Below the pieces are notes generated by a model, which had not been told where the DNA came from, made no database searches, and saw nothing but the letters and a program-made list of their open reading frames with translations. This document shows positions 59,262 through 64,000 of a stretch of DNA of 64,000 bases, piece after piece. The stretch lies in the NCBI GenBank assembly GCA_023262965.1, contig JALQXX010000001.1, positions 22,581-86,580 on the forward strand, in the 5' to 3' direction. A program made the position numbers and the translations under genes. Every line of letters begins with the position of its first letter. The first letter of the stretch is position 1. The stretch comes from Candidatus Marinamargulisbacteria bacterium. Its GTDB lineage: Bacteria > Margulisbacteria > Marinamargulisbacteria > UBA817.

Positions 59262-61454
59262 ATGGTGCTGAATCAATCCAAATCGTATGCGTATGATTCC
59301 CGAAAAATTCAACCGGGGGATGGTTTTATATGCTTGCCCAAAGGGGATGCGTATATTAACGATGCTTTGGCACGTGGTGCAACGGAGGTGGTTCGATTGG
59401 ATCGCTTGGGTTTTGCTCAGGAAAGCCATCGGTACTATGGAGACCCCACCAAACAGGTGTGCTTGATTGGGGTTACGGGTACCAATGGGAAGACATCGGT
59501 GGCGCATTTTACGGCGCAATTGTTGCGGCAATCGGGGTATTCGGTATTGGTTATTGGAACCATGACGTCGGCCTTAACCACGCCAGAATCGTGGGATATT
59601 GCAAAGCAGATTCGACACCATGTGGATAATGGGGGTACGCATGTGGTAATGGAAGTATCATCGCATGGTATTGATCAAGGGCGTGTGTTGGAATGCGCGT
59701 TTGATGTCAAATGCTTGACCAATATTACCCATGATCATCTGGATTATCATAAGACCTTTGATGCTTATAAAGCCACTAAGATGCACTTTATGATCGATTA
59801 CCCGGGCGTCGCAATTTATGCGGATGAGGTGCCGTTATTGGCGGAGAATTTGCCACAACTTATGGGGGCTTTTCATAAAAAAAATGTGGCAACGGCCATG
59901 GCTATATGTCGTATTTTGGGAATCAATGCCACGACCTTGAAGGCCGTTTTGCCCAAACTCACCGCGCCTGCGGGACGGTTTCAACCGGTGATTTTGGGGC
60001 AGCCCTTTCATATTATTGTGGATTTTGCCCATACCCCGGATGCGTTGGCGGTTGTGCTAACCGATGCGTTGGCATTGGTGAATGGGCATCGGGAGCGGGT
60101 TCGGGTTGTATTTGGATGTGGGGGGGATCGGGATACCCGTAAACGGTCAGAAATGGGGCGAATTGCGGGTGAATATGCCGATCATGTGTACCTAACATCG
60201 GACAATCCGCGATCGGAATCGCCGGAGGCCATTATTGCGGCGATTCAAACGGGGGTGTCGAGGCCCGGTGTCCAAGCCATTACAGATCGTCATTCGGCTA
60301 TCGCGCGGGTGATTGCGGATGCGAACCCACGTGATATTGTGGTGATTGCGGGTAAAGGGCATGAAGCCTATCAAGTCATGCGCTGGTATCGCTATCAGAG
60401 TGATGATGTGGCCATAGCCACGTATGAAGTGATTCGCCAAAATCGGTATCATACATCGGTTACCTGGGTGATGGATGATTTGAAAACGCCTGCGGATGTG
60501 GTGTTTATAACAAAAAATAAGTCGCAAGCATTGCCCTACGCACCGATTCCCTATTGTCAGGTGAAGCCAACACCGTCGCAGGGCCGTGTCCGGGATTATT
60601 TGGCCAAAATCAAAGGTCCTAAACTGTGTATATTGGAATCGGCAAATCGATTTTCGATGATGGGATGGTTGCACTATGTGTTGGGGCGTTTGGGCAGTGT
60701 AACCGTTGTGGACGGCATGACCTTGCCGACAGTACCCCATCAATTGGCGCAGATGATGTTAATTGAACAAACGGTGAACCCGGTGATTATTCGATTGGAC
60801 CCCAATCACCCGGGATTCTTATCCCAGTGGGTATCGGTTATTCAGCCCGAGCATATTATTGTGGGTGACAATTATCACGCTAATGGGTATGTCGCGCCAT
60901 CGGTTGTGACGGTGTTAAAAAATAAAGTGACAATGCGTGATTATGCGTGTCCATTATGGATTCACGATCGCATGGCCGATATCAACGATGCGCTTGGCGA
61001 TTATGCGTATTTACGATGTGTTAAGGCGCCGCATTGGGTGGATTATTGTGTGAGGCTCGCCCAACAATTAATGGTTGAGTTGGATAAATACCACAGCCCG
61101 CTTTCGGATATGTTTTATGAATACAGTATGACCCGGCGGTGGCTGCAAAAAGTGCAGTGGTCGGATGGTTCTGTAACGGCATACGCCGCATTGGGTTCAT
61201 CGGATGAATGGGCGATGCACCAATATGTGGATTATATGAATCATGTATCAGCGACGGTGTATCACCATATTGCCACTTCGGAGGGGGATCGGTGGGCGCG
61301 GTATTTGCGGCAATGGTGCCGATCCACGGACCGCATTCAGGTGTATGATCCACCAACCGTGACGGCCTTCGCGAATACCGTGCAATCGCGCCCCGATGCC
61401 CTGCATGTCATATGGTGCCAGCATTTTTCGGACATGAACACATGGACTACGTAA
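59262..61454 (+). CDS. murE: MurE-like UDP-MurNAc-tripeptide ligase (~400 aa) fused to a ~330-aa C-terminal domain of unknown function
   Basis: GVTGTNGKTS P-loop, DNPR specificity motif (LTSDNPRSE), GKGHE; the 330 aa after GKGHE...QNRY have no Mur-ligase motifs. Confidence 0.7.
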   Translation: MVLNQSKSYAYDSRKIQPGDGFICLPKGDAYINDALARGATEVVRLDRLGFAQESHRYYGDPTKQVCLIGVTGTNGKTSVAHFTAQLLRQSGYSVLVIGTMTSALTTPESWDIAKQIRHHVDNGGTHVVMEVSSHGIDQGRVLECAFDVKCLTNITHDHLDYHKTFDAYKATKMHFMIDYPGVAIYADEVPLLAENLPQLMGAFHKKNVATAMAICRILGINATTLKAVLPKLTAPAGRFQPVILGQPFHIIVDFAHTPDALAVVLTDALALVNGHRERVRVVFGCGGDRDTRKRSEMGRIAGEYADHVYLTSDNPRSESPEAIIAAIQTGVSRPGVQAITDRHSAIARVIADANPRDIVVIAGKGHEAYQVMRWYRYQSDDVAIATYEVIRQNRYHTSVTWVMDDLKTPADVVFITKNKSQALPYAPIPYCQVKPTPSQGRVRDYLAKIKGPKLCILESANRFSMMGWLHYVLGRLGSVTVVDGMTLPTVPHQLAQMMLIEQTVNPVIIRLDPNHPGFLSQWVSVIQPEHIIVGDNYHANGYVAPSVVTVLKNKVTMRDYACPLWIHDRMADINDALGDYAYLRCVKAPHWVDYCVRLAQQLMVELDKYHSPLSDMFYEYSMTRRWLQKVQWSDGSVTAYAALGSSDEWAMHQYVDYMNHVSATVYHHIATSEGDRWARYLRQWCRSTDRIQVYDPPTVTAFANTVQSRPDALHVIWCQHFSDMNTWTT

Positions 61455-62347
61455 TTCCCCTGTTGTGGGTGCTGGGGATGGGAATAGCCTACCGAATGTT
61501 TATTCGATGGGCCCATCGGCGGCAAATGAATCAAGTGATTTATGAGGACGCGCCTCAGCGCCATCATCAAAAAAGCGTTACCCCGACCATGGGGGGCGTG
61601 GTTATTTTGGGGAGCTTTGTGGTGGGAATGATTGGCGTCAACGCCTGGACACCGGTGACGGTATGGGTGGTGATGACAACGCTACTATTTGGGGGCATTG
61701 GCCTTATTGATGATGGGCTATCGTTGCGACGTAAGTCCAATAAGGGGATGTCGGCCAAACAAAAATTGGGCATGCAGGTGGGGGTTGCGGTGGTGGCTAT
61801 GATTGCTTGGCACTACGCTATTGCGCCCTTGATAGGGTGGCAATGGCTGCTATATGGGTTCTTGCTGGTAGGCGCCTCGAATGCGACCAACTTAACGGAC
61901 GGCTTGGATGGGTTGTTGGGGTCGGTCATGCTGATAACCATGGGCGGGCTGTGGTGGGTGTGTCAGGCACAGGGATTGCCGGTGGAAGGGCGTATGGTGG
62001 TGGTAATGATGGTGTCACTAGCCGTTTTTTTGGTATTTAATTGGCATCCGGCCCGATTGTTTATGGGTGATACGGGGTCGTTATTGTTGGGCGGTTTTTT
62101 TGCGGCAACGGCTGTGGCAACGGGTCAGTGGCCGATTATGATTGGTTTGGGGGCGATTTATATTGTGGAGACCCTGAGTGTTATGATTCAAGTGATCGGG
62201 TTTCGTTACACCCGAAAGCGGGTATTTTTGATGAGCCCGTTGCACCACCATTTTGAATTAATGGGGCTTTCGGAGCGTGTGATTGTGCTGCTGTTTGCGG
62301 CCTTTCATGGAGTATGTACATGGATTCAGTTAAGCCGATACCTGTAG
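61442..62347 (+). CDS. mraY: phospho-N-acetylmuramoyl-pentapeptide transferase
   Basis: TPTMGGVVIL, NATNLTDGLDGL; start is 61412 or 61442. Confidence 0.9.
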   Translation: MDYVIPLLWVLGMGIAYRMFIRWAHRRQMNQVIYEDAPQRHHQKSVTPTMGGVVILGSFVVGMIGVNAWTPVTVWVVMTTLLFGGIGLIDDGLSLRRKSNKGMSAKQKLGMQVGVAVVAMIAWHYAIAPLIGWQWLLYGFLLVGASNATNLTDGLDGLLGSVMLITMGGLWWVCQAQGLPVEGRMVVVMMVSLAVFLVFNWHPARLFMGDTGSLLLGGFFAATAVATGQWPIMIGLGAIYIVETLSVMIQVIGFRYTRKRVFLMSPLHHHFELMGLSERVIVLLFAAFHGVCTWIQLSRYL

Positions 62348-63483
62348 CCGTTTTGGGAGATGGGGTGACCGGTCAAGCGGTTTCGGCCTATCTGCGTCAA
62401 TCAACGGCGTATGAACAGGTGACCGTGGATGCGGCCCAATGGGTGGTGGTGAGTCCGGGCATTCCCCCGCGAAAATGGCCCAAAACCACGGCGGAGATAC
62501 TATCGGATAATGAATTTGCGTACCGTATTTTGCATCAAAAAAACCCCAAGTTGGTGATGATTGGTGTGACTGGAACCAATGGAAAAACAACGGTGGTATC
62601 CGCATTGGCCCATGCCTTGGGTGTTCGGGCCTACGGGAATATTGGACGACCTTTGATACAGGACGTCGACACCATCGATGTGTCAAAACCCATTGTGATC
62701 GAACTGAGCAGCTATCAATTGGTTACCACAACCACCATGCGGTTTACCATTGGGGTGATTATGAACATTGAGCCGGATCATTATGATTGGCATGAATCGT
62801 ACGAAAACTATCGCGATGCCAAATGCCGGTTAAGCACGCTGTCGTCGGTGCTGTATGCCCCACAGGCGGTATGGTCGCATTGTGCGAAGGACCACTGTGA
62901 ATGGGTGAATACCGATGCCTTAACGCCGCAATGTCTGCCACCATTGACGGCTCGCCATGATCAGCATAATGCGGCATTGATTCAAGCCATTTTGCAGCGA
63001 CTGGGGCAAGCGCCTGCGTATGTTCAACAGAAAATGGCCACATTTGAACGCCCCCCCTTTCGGTACGAGACGATTTTTTGTTCGGAGGACTTATGTATTA
63101 TTAATGATTCCAAAGCCACCAATATGGCGGCAACAGAGGCGGCTTTGGCGAGTGTGGTTGGGGGGCCGGTATTGCTCATTTTATGCGGTCAAGCCAAATC
63201 CGATTATACGATGGATTTTATGAATCGTGTAACCGAGCGATGTGACTGGGTGTATGCAGCGGGGGGATTATCACGCAATCGCCATCAGTTTCCGGTAAGC
63301 AGTCAGGGGGCTATTCAATTTTTTGATACGTTATACGATGCCACATGTGCGGCACTGATGCAATGTGTCAAGGGGATCATTTTATTCTCACCCTCAGCCG
63401 CAAGTTTTGACGAGTTTACGAATTATGAGGCCCGTGGAAAGGCGTTTACAACCTATGTTGACCACATTCAGACTATGGCGTAA
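62314..63483 (+). CDS. murD: UDP-N-acetylmuramoylalanine--D-glutamate ligase (short form)
   Basis: N-terminal Rossmann-like domain, GVTGTNGKTT P-loop; position between mraY and ftsW. Confidence 0.8.
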   Translation: MYMDSVKPIPVAVLGDGVTGQAVSAYLRQSTAYEQVTVDAAQWVVVSPGIPPRKWPKTTAEILSDNEFAYRILHQKNPKLVMIGVTGTNGKTTVVSALAHALGVRAYGNIGRPLIQDVDTIDVSKPIVIELSSYQLVTTTTMRFTIGVIMNIEPDHYDWHESYENYRDAKCRLSTLSSVLYAPQAVWSHCAKDHCEWVNTDALTPQCLPPLTARHDQHNAALIQAILQRLGQAPAYVQQKMATFERPPFRYETIFCSEDLCIINDSKATNMAATEAALASVVGGPVLLILCGQAKSDYTMDFMNRVTERCDWVYAAGGLSRNRHQFPVSSQGAIQFFDTLYDATCAALMQCVKGIILFSPSAASFDEFTNYEARGKAFTTYVDHIQTMA

Positions 63484-64000
63484 GTGGGATGCCAAACTGC
63501 TGATCCCCGTCCTATTTATTGGGATTATGGGGTACATTATGATTTTTTCGACCACATCGTTTAAAGGACTGTCGGATTATAATGATGCGTATTATTTTAT
63601 AAAGCGACATACCATTTATTTGATGGTTGGGTTGGTGGGATTTATGATTGCCAATAGTATTCCGATTCGGTTGTATCGGCGGTACAGTGTCTGGGGCTAT
63701 ATAATGGCGATTGGGTTATTGTTGTTGCTGTTTATTCCGGGGATTGGGACCACGATTGGCGGGGCTACCCGTTGGCTACGGTTGGGTACGATTCAATTTC
63801 AACCCGTGGAGATTGTCAAATTTTGGTGGGCGGTAGCGGTGAGTAAGGTGCTATCGAGCAAGCAGGCCCATCTGCAGTCGATTCAAATGGGGGTGGTGCC
63901 GGTGGTGATTGTTATGACGGTGCCCATTGCGTGTTTAATGATGCAACCCGATTTGGGAAATGCCATTTTAACATTGATGGTTGGGGTTGTGGTTTTGCTG
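63455..64000 (+). CDS. ftsW: SEDS-family peptidoglycan glycosyltransferase FtsW/RodA (5' partial, runs off the window)
   Basis: Frame reads MLTTFRLWRKWDAKLLIPVLFIGIMGYIMIFS...PDLGNAILTLMV, multi-TM SEDS; ATG at 63455 overlaps the murD 3' end. Confidence 0.75.
   Translation, partial: MLTTFRLWRKWDAKLLIPVLFIGIMGYIMIFSTTSFKGLSDYNDAYYFIKRHTIYLMVGLVGFMIANSIPIRLYRRYSVWGYIMAIGLLLLLFIPGIGTTIGGATRWLRLGTIQFQPVEIVKFWWAVAVSKVLSSKQAHLQSIQMGVVPVVIVMTVPIACLMMQPDLGNAILTLMVGVVVLL

Noticed and set aside
1-64000. Searched for CRISPR arrays, rRNA genes, IS elements and inverted-repeat-bounded transposons
   Set aside because: No regular repeat-spacer pattern, no rRNA-like sequence, and no transposase-like ORFs or terminal inverted repeats were seen on reading the window.

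Overview
The window reads as one contiguous bacterial chromosomal segment with Firmicutes-like gene order. It starts with a ferredoxin, nadA, yggS, sepF and mazG. On the minus strand come rplU-rpmA-obg-proB, followed by tRNA-Trp. A very large ribosomal and transcription super-cluster then runs from about 6.4 to 36.4 kb. Its order is secE-nusG-rplKAJL-rpoBC-rpsLG-fusA-tuf, then the S10, spc and alpha operons, then truA-rplM-rpsI. L30 (rpmD), infA and rpsD are absent from their usual positions. S14 is the short zinc-ribbon type Z, which the ORF track missed along with rpmJ. A D-3-phosphoglycerate dehydrogenase (SerA-type) gene follows. The most unusual locus is a tightly coupled four-gene operon at 37.8-41.7 kb. 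It encodes an exported TPR+SPOR protein, a two-TM membrane protein whose cytoplasmic half is an unmistakable FliG middle/C-terminal domain, a 4-TM MotA and a MotB carrying the TM aspartate and an OmpA-like domain. No other flagellar genes lie anywhere in the 64 kb. This looks like an orphan, minimal rotor-stator module and is the best candidate for an undescribed system. Downstream are a degenerate histidine-kinase-like protein (H-box His replaced by Gln), rlmB-like, a class-III aminotransferase, an Xer-type recombinase, an M15 peptidase with a poly-Arg N-terminus, UDG4, nadC, a CN-hydrolase and a STAS antagonist. A heme cluster follows (hemA-hemC-cobA/hemD-[GNAT+ATP-grasp]-hemL). Next is a group-3 sigma factor co-transcribed with a tandem-hotdog FabZ-like protein. 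The window ends in a partial dcw cluster (MurE fused to a ~330-aa unknown domain, then mraY, murD and partial ftsW; no murF). No CRISPR array, no rRNA and no obvious transposon were seen. All calls rest on by-eye motif recognition in the supplied ORF translations and on manual reading of the DNA.
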